The notes under the pieces: generated by a model | Seen by the model: the letters and a program-made list of their open reading frames with translations, nothing else | Databases searched by the model: none | What the model was told of the DNA's origin: nothing | In this document: piece by piece, positions 42,201 through 52,242 of the stretch | Layout: each line of letters begins with the position of its first letter | How positions within the stretch are numbered: the stretch's first letter is position 1 | From: an uncultured Candidatus Poseidoniales archaeon | GTDB lineage: Archaea > Thermoplasmatota > Poseidoniia > Poseidoniales > Thalassarchaeaceae | Direction of reading: 5' to 3' | DNA length: 55,910 nucleotides | Assembly (NCBI GenBank): GCA_964414525.1 | Contig: CAYPWN010000002.1 | Span: forward strand, 1 to 55,910 | Made by a program: the position numbers and the translations under genes

Positions 42201-43778
42201 ATGCACTGGGCGGATTATACCGCACAAAGCCTCAGCAATCGAGGCGGGCCCCAGGTCTCTGCATCGGGAATCACGCCCTCAGGTGAGTTCCATATCGGAC
42301 ATTTACGGGAGATCCTGTCAGCGGAGATGATTCATCGTGCCTGCTTGGATGCAGGCATGGATTCCAAGTACATTTTCATCGTTGACTCCATGGACCCTCT
42401 GAGGAGAGTGTACGATTTCCTTGCCCCATCATACCAGAGATACATTGGGCACCCTCTTGCATACGTCCCTGCTCCGGGCGATGACGGTGAGCCGGGTGAT
42501 GGGAGCATCAGCTATGCAGACCACTTCCTAGCCCCATTTCTGAATTCTCTCAGCCAAATAGGAGTTAGTCCGGAGGTGATTATGAATCACGAGACGTACG
42601 AATCGGGGGCATTCGCTGAAGGAATAGATTCGGCAATATCAAACAAGGAAGAGATCAGGTCAATTATAGAGGGTATTTCCGGGAGGGAGCTTGGCGAGGA
42701 TTGGTTCCCGTACAGCCCAATAGGATCAAACGGGAGTCTCGACGGAGTGACTGTCACTGGCTACGAAAGGCCGTTTGTCCGTTGGGTTGACTCCCTCGGA
42801 GTAGAAGGGGAATCCGACATTAGGACTGCCGGAGGCAAGATGCCATGGAGGATCGATTGGGCCGCTAGGTGGATCATCCACGGAATAACCTGCGAACCTG
42901 CGGGTAAGGACCACGGTGCTGCTGGAGGGAGCTTTGACACTGGAATCCCGATTTGTAAACTACTAGGTGGCGACCCGCCTGACAAGATTGTTTACGAATG
43001 GATACAGCTCAAGGGGATGGGTCCAATGTCTAGCTCCTCGGGGCTTACAATAGGCCCCATGGAGGCGCTATCCCTAGTCCCTCCAGAGATTCTTCGCTAC
43101 GTCGTAGCCAGAAGCAAGATCAACCGGCACATCGAGTTCGACACCGGGGGCTCATTATTCGAAACTGCAGACGAGTACGAGCGGCTGGTCTCCAACCAGA
43201 TTGTTGAGGAGGATGGGATGACTAAAAGACAGATTGTAGCGCTCGAGACGCAGAGGGGGGCTCTCAGATTGAGCCAAGTTTTGGCTGGTTCCGATCCAAC
43301 AGACTCAATTGGGGGGGTCTCCTTCAGGCACCTCTCGATGCTTGCACAGATCAAGTCCTCTGATGTTGATGTGTGGAGCTCATTGAATAGAACGGGACAC
43401 ATAGTAGGTAAACCGGGGAAGTCATTGGAAGATAGGCTTGCAAGGATGAGGAATTGGATAGAGGGGCCCCACTTCCCCGAAGAAGCTAGATTGCAAATTA
43501 GAAGGGAGGTTGGTGAAGAGGCCAAGGCCAATCTGGATCAAGGCGCAATGGACTTCCTGTCGGTTCTTTCATCTCTAATTTCGGAATGCGAGTGGAGCGA
43601 AAGGGGAATTGGATCGGCGATTTCTGAGGCCGCTGATTCTTCTGGAGTTTCAAGAAGGGAGGGGTTTTCGGCTTTGTACTGGTCCTTGATTGGCAGGGGC
43701 TATGGCCCAAAGGCGTCTTCCCTACTGTTCGAGATGGAAAGACAAGAGGTCATGACCCTCCTAGAAAGTGCCAAGTGA
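42201..43778 (+). CDS. lysS: Lysine--tRNA ligase, class I
   Basis: 525 aa. The 'MHWADYTA' N-terminus, 'SGITPSGEFHIGHLREIL' (HIGH) and 'GMGPMSSSSG' (KMSKS-equivalent) are typical of archaeal class I LysRS. Confidence 0.92.
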   Translation: MHWADYTAQSLSNRGGPQVSASGITPSGEFHIGHLREILSAEMIHRACLDAGMDSKYIFIVDSMDPLRRVYDFLAPSYQRYIGHPLAYVPAPGDDGEPGDGSISYADHFLAPFLNSLSQIGVSPEVIMNHETYESGAFAEGIDSAISNKEEIRSIIEGISGRELGEDWFPYSPIGSNGSLDGVTVTGYERPFVRWVDSLGVEGESDIRTAGGKMPWRIDWAARWIIHGITCEPAGKDHGAAGGSFDTGIPICKLLGGDPPDKIVYEWIQLKGMGPMSSSSGLTIGPMEALSLVPPEILRYVVARSKINRHIEFDTGGSLFETADEYERLVSNQIVEEDGMTKRQIVALETQRGALRLSQVLAGSDPTDSIGGVSFRHLSMLAQIKSSDVDVWSSLNRTGHIVGKPGKSLEDRLARMRNWIEGPHFPEEARLQIRREVGEEAKANLDQGAMDFLSVLSSLISECEWSERGIGSAISEAADSSGVSRREGFSALYWSLIGRGYGPKASSLLFEMERQEVMTLLESAK

Positions 43779-43839
43779 GTCAATTTTTAGAGAATAGGGT
43801 TGGAAAAGCCTCAAATTGGCGGTTTCCGGGAGAAAAAAC

Positions 43840-44169
43840 ATGGGAGTTTACGAACTACTGATGATGTCAATGGAGAAGAGGGACGCGAAGCACTACATTG
43901 GGGCTCTACACGAAGATTACGAATTCGTGCGGCACCAGTCCGGGACCACGATGGATAAGGAGCAAGTTAGCGAGATGCTGACAATGATGATGTCCAACAC
44001 AGACGTAGTGATCAATGATCCAAGGTGTATTTACGAGAATGATGATATCCTAGTGGAGCACTCTGTGATGGGCTTCCCTGACGGTTCGAAAGAGGCAGTA
44101 ATGGCAGTCCACAGCAAAAGGGACGGGAAGATAATCAGGACTGAGACTGGGGCCACGCTTCTAACCTAG
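43840..44169 (+). CDS. Small hypothetical protein, possibly NTF2/SnoaL-like fold
   Basis: Starts at the ATG at 43840 within ORF 43816-44169. It is about 109 aa. The pattern 'ALHEDYEFVRHQSG...' through '...VMAVHSKRDGKIIRTE' loosely fits SnoaL/DUF4440 proteins. Confidence 0.4.
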   Translation: MGVYELLMMSMEKRDAKHYIGALHEDYEFVRHQSGTTMDKEQVSEMLTMMMSNTDVVINDPRCIYENDDILVEHSVMGFPDGSKEAVMAVHSKRDGKIIRTETGATLLT

Positions 44170-47100
44170 AGTGACTTGATCTGAAGTAGCCTTGGCTCTG
44201 GCATGCCGTTGCTGGCCTCCTTCACGGCCTCGACCTCCATCTTGGCCCCGGCCAGAGTGGTGACAAATGGGATGTTGAGTTCCACGGCAAGCCTGCGCAT
44301 CATGTTGCCGTCTAGCACTGCCCCCCCAGTGGAGCGAGGCGTGTTGATTACCAGATGGATCTTGCCTTGCCTCATCAGGTCGAGTGCATCTGGAGACCTT
44401 CCCTCGGCGATCCTGTAGCAGGTCTGAACATCTAGGCCACCAACGCCTCGTAGAACTCTCGATGTCCCCCTAGTAGCGTAAATCGTGAATCCCATATCCT
44501 TCAGTCTCTCGGCTAGTGGGATGATGGCGTGCTTGTCCTCGTCCTTCACTGTAATGTACACGCCTCCCTCTGTGGGCACAGGAAGCTCTGTGGCCAATCT
44601 AGCCTTCAGGTAGGCCGCAGAGGCCCTGACGTGGGAACCCATGACCTCTCCCGTGGATTTCATCTCAGGACCTGGAGCGGGATCGAGCCCCCTAAGCTTG
44701 ATGAACGGAAATACCGGGGCTTTGACGCAGACTGCGTCAGTCTGGGGATCCGGGATTTCCAAGTCTGAAAGCCTCTCTCCAAGAGCCACCCTGGCGGCTA
44801 TCCTAGCAAGAGGGATTCCAGTGGACTTTGCTACAAATGGGAATGTGCGGGACCCCCTGGGGTTGACCTCCAGAACGTATAGGAGTTCATCATGGATTGC
44901 GAACTGGATGTTGTAGCACCCCCTGATGCCGAGCTCAAGACCGATTACCCTGGTCCACTCCTCCACCTGCTCTAGCAGAGAAGATGGGACATTTTGTGGA
45001 GGGATGAAACATGTCGAGTCTCCAGAATGGATTCCCGCTTCCTCTAGATGCTCCATTATTGCCCCCACTAGGACGTCTTCCCCATCACAAACTGCATCTA
45101 CGTCAAGCTCCATTGCGTTCCCCAGGTACTTGTCTATCAGCAGAGGCCTGTCCGAAGAAAGGTATGCTTCCCTCATGTAGGACTCAAGCTGCTTGTAGTT
45201 GGAAAGTATCTCCATCCCCCTTCCTCCGAGCACGTATGATGGGCGGATTAGGACTGGGTAACCTATCTCGTTGGCAGCATGCCTCACGCCATCTGCTGTG
45301 GTCGCAGTTGCCCCGTCTGGCATCCTTAGGCCGCACCTATGTGCGAACTCCTCGAACCTCTCCCTATCGCTGGCCTCATCAACTGACTCGGCAGATGTCC
45401 CTTCCATGACCAGGTTCAGCCCCATACTGGAAAGATGCGGAATCTCATCGGATAAGGGGAGTGCGAGGTTTATTGCAGTCTGCCCGCCAAACTGCAGCAG
45501 GATTCCTGTGGCGTCCTCCCTGAGCAGCACCTCGCAAACGGATTCCAGTGTGAGCGGATCAAAGTACAGTCTGTCACTAGTGTCGAAGTCGGTGGAAACT
45601 GTCTCGGGATTGTTGTTGATGATTATAGCCTCGTGGCCAAGGTCCTGGATTGCTCCTGCTGCATGGACGCATCCGTAGTCGAACTCGATTCCTTGGCCTA
45701 TTCGTATTGGCCCTGAGCCGACAACGGCAATTCGTTGTTTTACAGAGGAAGCCAGCCCTGGAACATAATCTACCCCAGATTCTGCTGAACCTCCCTCGTA
45801 GGTCGAGTAGTAGTAAGGGGTAACCGCAGCGAACTCAGCCGCGCATGAGTCCACCATCCTGAACCTTGGATGGACGCCAAGCTCATGCCTACGCAGCCTT
45901 ACTGCCGTCTCATCCTCCCCTGCCTGAAGTGACTTGAAACCGGCTTCCGGAAACCCTGCGAGAGCGTCAGAAATGTGCAAGTCAGTGAATCCTGAGCCCT
46001 TCCAAGACCTCATCTCAGGTCCTGGGATCCCGGCCGGCCTCATCCCAATTTCACCGGCTGCCCTGATCTCCGTCTCTATGGCAGCTAACCTTTCGAACCT
46101 GCGAAGGAACCACCTAGTCATACCCCCAGTCAAATCTCTAACGTCCTCTATAGAGTACCCTCTCCTGAAAGCCTCAATGACTGCCCCCAGTCTCCTGTCA
46201 GTAGCTACTCTAAGCCAGTCCTCTAGGAGGGCCGTAGGCAGCTTCTCCGAGGCCCTTTCGTCCATGGTCTCTCCATCGGAAGCATCCGACATCGAGAGGG
46301 GTCTTGGATGGGGCTTCCCATACTCCAAACTAGCCCATGCTTTGAGGCAGGCCTCCTCGAAGGACCTCCCTATCGCCATGACCTCCCCTGTTGACTTCAT
46401 CGAGGTGCCGAGGGTCCTGTCTGCAGTGCGGAACTTGTCAAAGGGCCACCTTGGAATCTTGACCACGCAGTAGTCCAGAGTGGGTTCGAAGGCTGCGGTT
46501 GTTCCCTCGCCTGTAATAGGGTTTGGGAGCTCGTCCAGCGTATACCCCACAGCAATCAGCGCGGCCATCCTTGCTATGGGGTATCCCGTTGCCTTGGAAG
46601 CCAAGGCGGATGACCGAGATACTCGGGGGTTGACCTCTATGACTCGGAAATCCCCATTTGACTGGTCTACTGCGAACTGTACGTTGCACCCTCCTTTGAT
46701 GTTGAGCCTCCTAATCAGCTTGAGTGCCGCATTCCGCAGAATCTGGTGGTCCTGATCGGAAAGGGTCTGTTGAGGGGCTACTACTATGGATTCCCCGGTG
46801 TGGATGCCCATCGGATCGATATTCTCCATAGTGCAAACAATGATGGCGTTGTCTGAACCGTCCCTCATTACTTCGTACTCATGTTCCTGCCACCCTAGGA
46901 TGCTCTCCTCAATTAGCACCTGCCCTATTGCAGAATGAAGGATGCCCTGGCTAGCTATCTCGACAAGCTCCCCCATATTGAATGCGGTACCCCCTCCCAA
47001 GCCACCCAGAGTGAATGCTGGCCTGACAAGAAGCGGGAACGAGCCAAGCTCCTCTGCTGCAGAGATAACCGCCTCAATCGAGTCGCAAGCAAGAGCCTTG

Positions 47101-47531
47101 CAGACAGGCAGGTCAATCTCCTCGCACACCTTCTTGAAAAGGTCCCTGTCCTCAGCCTCGTCTATAGCTGCAAGGTTGCATCCGATAAGCTCCACACCAA
47201 TCTCGTCCAGGGTTCCGTCCTTTGCCAGTGCGGAGGCTATGTTCAGTGCTGTTTGGCCCCCCATCCCTGCCAGCAATGCGTCTGGCTTCTCAGACTCCAT
47301 GATCCTCTTTACTACCTCTGGGAGTAGGGGCTCGATGTATATCCTGTCTGCCATCTCTGGATCGTTTTGAATCGTGGCCGGATTGGAGTTCACGAGAATC
47401 ACTTCGTATCCGTCTGAGCGAAGTGCCCTGCATGCCTGCGATCCCGAGAAGTCGAATTCAGCAGCCTGACCTATCCTGATAGGCCCGCTTCCCAGGATTA
47501 GTATCCTCTTGAGATCGTCTCGGCGAGGCAT
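44166..47531 (-). CDS. carB: Carbamoyl-phosphate synthase large subunit
   Basis: 1121 aa. Two ATP-grasp halves begin 'ILILGSGPIRIGQAAEFDFSG' and 'IAVVGSGPIRIGQGIEFDY'. An oligomerisation domain and a C-terminal MGS-like domain are present. Confidence 0.96.
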   Translation of the reverse strand: MPRRDDLKRILILGSGPIRIGQAAEFDFSGSQACRALRSDGYEVILVNSNPATIQNDPEMADRIYIEPLLPEVVKRIMESEKPDALLAGMGGQTALNIASALAKDGTLDEIGVELIGCNLAAIDEAEDRDLFKKVCEEIDLPVCKALACDSIEAVISAAEELGSFPLLVRPAFTLGGLGGGTAFNMGELVEIASQGILHSAIGQVLIEESILGWQEHEYEVMRDGSDNAIIVCTMENIDPMGIHTGESIVVAPQQTLSDQDHQILRNAALKLIRRLNIKGGCNVQFAVDQSNGDFRVIEVNPRVSRSSALASKATGYPIARMAALIAVGYTLDELPNPITGEGTTAAFEPTLDYCVVKIPRWPFDKFRTADRTLGTSMKSTGEVMAIGRSFEEACLKAWASLEYGKPHPRPLSMSDASDGETMDERASEKLPTALLEDWLRVATDRRLGAVIEAFRRGYSIEDVRDLTGGMTRWFLRRFERLAAIETEIRAAGEIGMRPAGIPGPEMRSWKGSGFTDLHISDALAGFPEAGFKSLQAGEDETAVRLRRHELGVHPRFRMVDSCAAEFAAVTPYYYSTYEGGSAESGVDYVPGLASSVKQRIAVVGSGPIRIGQGIEFDYGCVHAAGAIQDLGHEAIIINNNPETVSTDFDTSDRLYFDPLTLESVCEVLLREDATGILLQFGGQTAINLALPLSDEIPHLSSMGLNLVMEGTSAESVDEASDRERFEEFAHRCGLRMPDGATATTADGVRHAANEIGYPVLIRPSYVLGGRGMEILSNYKQLESYMREAYLSSDRPLLIDKYLGNAMELDVDAVCDGEDVLVGAIMEHLEEAGIHSGDSTCFIPPQNVPSSLLEQVEEWTRVIGLELGIRGCYNIQFAIHDELLYVLEVNPRGSRTFPFVAKSTGIPLARIAARVALGERLSDLEIPDPQTDAVCVKAPVFPFIKLRGLDPAPGPEMKSTGEVMGSHVRASAAYLKARLATELPVPTEGGVYITVKDEDKHAIIPLAERLKDMGFTIYATRGTSRVLRGVGGLDVQTCYRIAEGRSPDALDLMRQGKIHLVINTPRSTGGAVLDGNMMRRLAVELNIPFVTTLAGAKMEVEAVKEASNGMPEPRLLQIKSL

Positions 47532-48898
47532 TAGGAGCCTCCTCTGCTTGTCACCAATTCTGCCTTGGTCATACCCAAATATTCAGCAACCATCTGCTGG
47601 AATCTGTCGAAGAGCGGAGATGCGTCGTGTGGGCCCGGGCATGCCTCTGGGTGGAACTGGATTGTGAAGGCTGGCTTGTCCAGAAGGTCGAGCCCCTCAA
47701 CGGTACCATCGTTCGAGTTTACGTGTCTGACTCTGAAGTCCGCTCCCAAGACATTCTCGGATGGGTCGGAGCATGATCCGCTTGGGTGGGGTGCAAGCAT
47801 CCCCTTCACTGGGTCCTCGACAGCGAATCCATGGTTTTGGCTAGTTATGTGCACTCTTCCGGTCTCTAGATCCATTACTGGTTGGTTCGAACCCCTGTGC
47901 CCATAGCGGAGCTTGTACGTCCTAAGCCCTGCTGCCAGGCCCATAAGCTGGTGGCCCAAGCAAATCCCCATGACAGGCATGCCCTGCCTGACTGCGGATG
48001 CCAGGGTCTTGCGGGCATCTGTAGCCGCCCCGGGGTGTGCAGGATCTCCGGGCCCGTTAGAAGCGAATAGAGCATCAGGGGACCAGTCTCTGGAAATCTC
48101 ATCAAGAGTAATTGTTGCAGGGCACCAGACAACCTCGAACCTAGTGCAAAGCTCGCGGAGAATGTTGTGCTTGATTCCACAGTCAATTGCTGCTAGCCTT
48201 GGCAGGCGTTCTCCATTGGCATCCTTTGCACCGGGATTCAGTAGTACTGGTTGGTCGCATGTTACTAGGGATACCAAGTCGTCTGCATCCGGAGGCGTCA
48301 TCTCGTCCAGTATGATCTCCATCTCGTCCAGTCTCTCGGAGGGGCCGAACACGCATAGCAACGTACCATGCTCCCTTACCCTCCTGGTCAGTGCCCTGGT
48401 GTCGATTCCTTCTATCCCCGGAACATTATGTGAGACGAGGAGGTCGTGTATGCTCCCGACCGAGTCCCTGTGATCCGGAAAAGGCATGTGCTGCCTGCAT
48501 ACCACGCCTCTGGGATGGACTGAGGAGGACTCCGAAATACCCGGGATGATCCCATAGTTTCCCAGCAAGGGGTAAGTGAAAGTGAGTACTTGGCCCGCGA
48601 ATGATGGATCGGTTAGGCTCTCTTGGTATCCGCACATCCCCGTGGTGAAAACCAACTCCCCCTCTGCTATCTCCTCGGCCCCGAATAGCTTGCCGTCGAA
48701 ACGGGTTCCGTCTGCAAGTAGTAGGGTACCGCTCGAACCGCTAGGTTGCTCTGAACCGCCTGACTCTACCAAAATGTCGGCCGCATCGGGGAACGAGGGA
48801 GGGGAGTGAACCCCATTTACGCCAGCGCCGGGGCAGAAGCCCCCGTCTACTGGAGTCCCCGACATCAGCAACGCTGCCCTAGTGCGACTCTTAATCAT
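47531..48898 (-). CDS. carA: Carbamoyl-phosphate synthase small subunit (glutamine amidotransferase)
   Basis: The CarA core starts at 'TLLLADGTRFDGKLFGA'. The GATase triad region 'PVMGICLGHQL' and 'QFHPEA' is present. The stop overlaps the carB start. The first ~55 codons of the ORF are an atypical G/P/S-rich extension, so the true start is uncertain. Confidence 0.92.
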   Translation of the reverse strand: MIKSRTRAALLMSGTPVDGGFCPGAGVNGVHSPPSFPDAADILVESGGSEQPSGSSGTLLLADGTRFDGKLFGAEEIAEGELVFTTGMCGYQESLTDPSFAGQVLTFTYPLLGNYGIIPGISESSSVHPRGVVCRQHMPFPDHRDSVGSIHDLLVSHNVPGIEGIDTRALTRRVREHGTLLCVFGPSERLDEMEIILDEMTPPDADDLVSLVTCDQPVLLNPGAKDANGERLPRLAAIDCGIKHNILRELCTRFEVVWCPATITLDEISRDWSPDALFASNGPGDPAHPGAATDARKTLASAVRQGMPVMGICLGHQLMGLAAGLRTYKLRYGHRGSNQPVMDLETGRVHITSQNHGFAVEDPVKGMLAPHPSGSCSDPSENVLGADFRVRHVNSNDGTVEGLDLLDKPAFTIQFHPEACPGPHDASPLFDRFQQMVAEYLGMTKAELVTSRGGS

Positions 48899-48931
48899 TC
48901 AGTGGAGAGACGTTGTTCTATTGTCGCTAAG

Positions 48932-49486
48932 TCACTCATCATCATCACTGATTACTACCTTATTCCTAGCTGATGGTAGGACTTTCATATGTCCGCCTTC
49001 GAATCTCGATGCCTCATCCACTGGTCCAAGCCAGGAGTCTAGGAAAACTGCCAGGGCAGCTACCTCCGAGTGTGGCTGGTTCCCTATGGAAACATTGTGA
49101 TGAGAAATGTGGTAAGCCTCTGGTGGGACCTTTGTCCCCCCCACCACAACAATTGCTGGCTTATCGACGGGTATGGACGGAGTCACTTCTCTCCAAGGCT
49201 CCCCATACATGGTTAGATGGACGATAGTTGCCTCTCCGGACTTAGATACTCTCCTGAGGAATGACATTGGATTGGGCTCGTACCTGCTCTCGAAATACCC
49301 TCCAAATCTCTCCGTTACTGACCCCCATGTGTCAAGGGCAGATGGGTCCTCATCACCGGACAGAATTACTTCGTCGGCTCCGAAGGCTCTTGCAGTGAGG
49401 CCTAGATGGGAGGTGATTCTCTTATCTCTGTCTCGCCTATGCCCTAGTCTGAGTACGGACAGCCTAGGGGGGTGGTCGCGACCCAT
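48932..49486 (-). CDS. trm56: tRNA (cytidine56-2'-O)-methyltransferase aTrm56 (SPOUT)
   Basis: 184 aa. 'VLRLGHRRDRDKRITSHLGLTARAFGAD', 'VHLTMYG' and 'NVSIGNQPHSEVAALAVFLD' align closely with Pyrococcus aTrm56 as I remember it. Confidence 0.9.
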   Translation of the reverse strand: MGRDHPPRLSVLRLGHRRDRDKRITSHLGLTARAFGADEVILSGDEDPSALDTWGSVTERFGGYFESRYEPNPMSFLRRVSKSGEATIVHLTMYGEPWREVTPSIPVDKPAIVVVGGTKVPPEAYHISHHNVSIGNQPHSEVAALAVFLDSWLGPVDEASRFEGGHMKVLPSARNKVVISDDDE

Positions 49487-49489
49487 GGT

Positions 49490-50137
49490 TCACGCGTAAG
49501 GCGGTGACTCATCAGCCTGACCCTCCGAGGGGTCGGCACTCATGGAGGGGAAAACCTCGACCCCCATATTGAGCATGCTCGCTCTGACCCATTGCAGGAG
49601 CAGTGCATCGAACATCATATGGGAGGCAAATCCGACCATGGCTGCTAGAACCAGTACCCTCCCCGTAGCGAAGAGGGCGTCGCCCTCCAATTCGGAATAG
49701 TTCATGAGAACTGGTTCGACGATGTAGAAAATTGCCAGAACTGCCAGAGCCCCGCCGATCTGAGACATGGTTGCGTTACCCCTCTCCCTGCCTATTCCCG
49801 TGAATAGAGTTGCAGCGATAACCAGAATCGGGACGATTAGGCTCACGGTTCCGAAGTCAAATGAACCGAGAATGGATTTTGGGATTTCGGAGTCCTGGAC
49901 TGTTTCAGAGCCCTTGCTAACGGTGATCCACCACCAGAGTGCGCTAGAAATGAACAGGGCACCCGATGTCCTGGCACGCTGAGTAATCATATCCCTCACA
50001 TGATGGGCATCTCGTGGCTTAAGCCTCTGTACTATCGAGTCCAGAATAAACAGTGTCTCGGGATCGTGCGAGGGTTCTGAGTCATCTACGGGCTGGACAT
50101 CATTGGCGTCATGCGACTCATCCTCACCCAGAACCAT
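49490..50137 (-). CDS. Hypothetical integral membrane protein (about 4 TM)
   Basis: 215 aa. An acidic N-terminus is followed by four hydrophobic segments, for example 'ALFISSALWWWITV', 'LIVPILVIAATLFTGI', 'IGGALAVLAIFYIV' and 'VLVLAAMVGFA'. Confidence 0.55.
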   Translation of the reverse strand: MVLGEDESHDANDVQPVDDSEPSHDPETLFILDSIVQRLKPRDAHHVRDMITQRARTSGALFISSALWWWITVSKGSETVQDSEIPKSILGSFDFGTVSLIVPILVIAATLFTGIGRERGNATMSQIGGALAVLAIFYIVEPVLMNYSELEGDALFATGRVLVLAAMVGFASHMMFDALLLQWVRASMLNMGVEVFPSMSADPSEGQADESPPYA

Positions 50138-50191
50138 CGCTCGATTGCCCCTCCGTCACATCATAAAGCAATCGTCGTTTGCGATGGCTAG

Positions 50192-51025
50192 ATGGCCGAC
50201 TGGCGACCTATGATAAAACGCCGGGAAGATGGTTTTCCCCGCATAATGGGGGTTGTGAACGCCACTCCCGACTCCTTTCACCCCGGGTCAAGATGCAACA
50301 GCACTACTGAAGCGGTAAACAGAGCGGTGAAGATGGCCAATGATGGGGCGGATTGGATAGATGTGGGAGGGGAGTCGACCAGGCCAGGAGCAAAGCCGGT
50401 GCCGATAGAAAATGAGTTGGCGAGGGTGCTTCCAGTAATCAGGGGCATCAGGGATGAGCTGCCTGAAGTCTGCATATCAGTTGACACCAGAAGGTCAGAA
50501 GTAGCTAGACAGTGCTTGGAAGAGGGTGCTGAAATGGTCAATGACGTATCCTCCCTTGGTGACGAAGCAATGCTGGGTATTGTTTCGGACTTCGGATGCC
50601 CGGTGTGTCTGATGCACATGCAGGGCCTACCGGAAAACATGCAAGATGACCCGAGATATGGGGACGTGGTGACAGAAGTCAGGGATTTTTTTGCGGATGC
50701 AACAGAAAAAATGTTCGACTCTGGTGTCGAACCCAATCAGGTAATCGTTGATCCAGGAATCGGCTTTGGTAAAAGGCTGGAACACAACCTAGCCCTTCTC
50801 TCATCTGGCAGGGAGATAGTTCCCGATGAAAGGATGGGACTCATGTGGGGAGTGAGTAGGAAGAGCATGATTGGCGAGCTCCTTGGGCGTTCGAATAGCG
50901 AGGACCGTCTTTACGGCACACTTGGAGTTGGGGCCAAAGCATTCGAGAAGGGAGTGGATATAGTCAGGGTCCATGACGTTGTGGAGCATGCTGACATGTT
51001 CTCGGCGATGTCTTCAGTGAGGTGA
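50192..51025 (+). CDS. folP: Dihydropteroate synthase
   Basis: 277 aa. 'IMGVVNATPDSF', 'GADWIDVGGESTRPGA', 'ISVDT', 'VNDVS', 'DPGIGFGK' and 'VRVHDV' are canonical Pterin_bind/DHPS motifs. Confidence 0.92.
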   Translation: MADWRPMIKRREDGFPRIMGVVNATPDSFHPGSRCNSTTEAVNRAVKMANDGADWIDVGGESTRPGAKPVPIENELARVLPVIRGIRDELPEVCISVDTRRSEVARQCLEEGAEMVNDVSSLGDEAMLGIVSDFGCPVCLMHMQGLPENMQDDPRYGDVVTEVRDFFADATEKMFDSGVEPNQVIVDPGIGFGKRLEHNLALLSSGREIVPDERMGLMWGVSRKSMIGELLGRSNSEDRLYGTLGVGAKAFEKGVDIVRVHDVVEHADMFSAMSSVR

Positions 51026-51029
51026 ATAG

Positions 51030-52199
51030 GTGTCGGAGGCTAGCAAGAATATAGTCGAGGTTGACGAGGGCCTTAGGCTACTGGGTACTGCTCACGTCAG
51101 TAGCGAGTCAGTTGAACTGGTTAGACGCCATATCAGGGAATGGGAGCCCGATGTGGTTGCCGTAGAGCTATGTCCCTCCAGATTGGCGGCTTTGACCGAT
51201 CCTGAGGCACTTGACTCCGAGGACCTGCTCAAAATTATCAAAGAGGGGAGGTCCGTGATGATACTCCTTCAGTCGGCCCTAGCAACACAACAGAGGAAGA
51301 TGGGGATGTCAACGGGCGAGAAGCCCGGAGCGGAGCTGCTTGCAGCAGTTCGTGCAGCCGAGGAGTCGGATGTTCCGGTAGAGATGATTGACAGGGACGT
51401 GGTAGTGACACTTCGAAGGGCATGGAAAAAGATGGGCTTTCTAGAGAAGTGGAGGGTGCTAAATGCATTACTTTGGGAAGAGGACGAGGAAGACGATCTC
51501 TCCATCGACGAATTACTTGGTGACTCGGACCTTCTCAGCAAGATGATGGAGGAGGCCAGAGAAGTTGCCCCTGGGGCAGGAGAGGTTCTCATTGACGAAC
51601 GGGATGCCTTCCTAGCAGGGAGGATTCAACAGATAAGGGGTAAAGGGAAGGTTCTCGCAGTGGTGGGGGCGGGTCACATTTCTGGTGTCATTCGTAACTT
51701 GGGTGAGCCAGCCATGGAGAGCACATCCAGACTAGCGGAATTAGGGAGGCAACCGGAAAAGACCGTTTGGCCCAATTTACTAATGGCGGCAATCCCGATA
51801 TTCCTGCTTGGTGCAGTCTCATGGATGGCCTACAATGGCGAGATGGGGGCCCTAAAGCAGACAGCTCAGACGTGGCTTGCATTGAACGCGATTCTAGCAG
51901 GACTAGGGGTGCTGATTGCTAGGGGTCACCCGCTTTCAATACTGGTGGGGGCAATTGCTTCCCCGATAACCTCGTTGAATCCGACACTAGCGGCCGGGTG
52001 GTTCGCCGGTTACACCCAACTCAAGGTCGATCCGCCAACCGGAAAAGACGCCCAGGACTTCCTAGTCCTGGATGAGGTCTCTCTGTTCTGGAGAAACAGG
52101 GTGGGCCGGGTGCTCATGGTGACTGCACTGGGGAATATCGGATCGATGGCAGGTGCATGGCTGGCAGGGGGGGCCATTCTGGGACTCCTGATTGGTTGA
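51030..52199 (+). CDS. TraB/PrgY/GumN-family protein with a C-terminal membrane domain
   Basis: 389 aa from a GTG start. 'LLGTAHVSSESVELVRRHI...PDVVAVELC' and 'ERDAFLAGRI...VVGAGHISGV' are TraB-family signatures. About four C-terminal TM helices follow. Confidence 0.78.
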   Translation: MSEASKNIVEVDEGLRLLGTAHVSSESVELVRRHIREWEPDVVAVELCPSRLAALTDPEALDSEDLLKIIKEGRSVMILLQSALATQQRKMGMSTGEKPGAELLAAVRAAEESDVPVEMIDRDVVVTLRRAWKKMGFLEKWRVLNALLWEEDEEDDLSIDELLGDSDLLSKMMEEAREVAPGAGEVLIDERDAFLAGRIQQIRGKGKVLAVVGAGHISGVIRNLGEPAMESTSRLAELGRQPEKTVWPNLLMAAIPIFLLGAVSWMAYNGEMGALKQTAQTWLALNAILAGLGVLIARGHPLSILVGAIASPITSLNPTLAAGWFAGYTQLKVDPPTGKDAQDFLVLDEVSLFWRNRVGRVLMVTALGNIGSMAGAWLAGGAILGLLIG

Positions 52200-52242
52200 C
52201 ACCGAATCATTTAGCGTGAGTACCCCATGGAAGGGACGGAGC

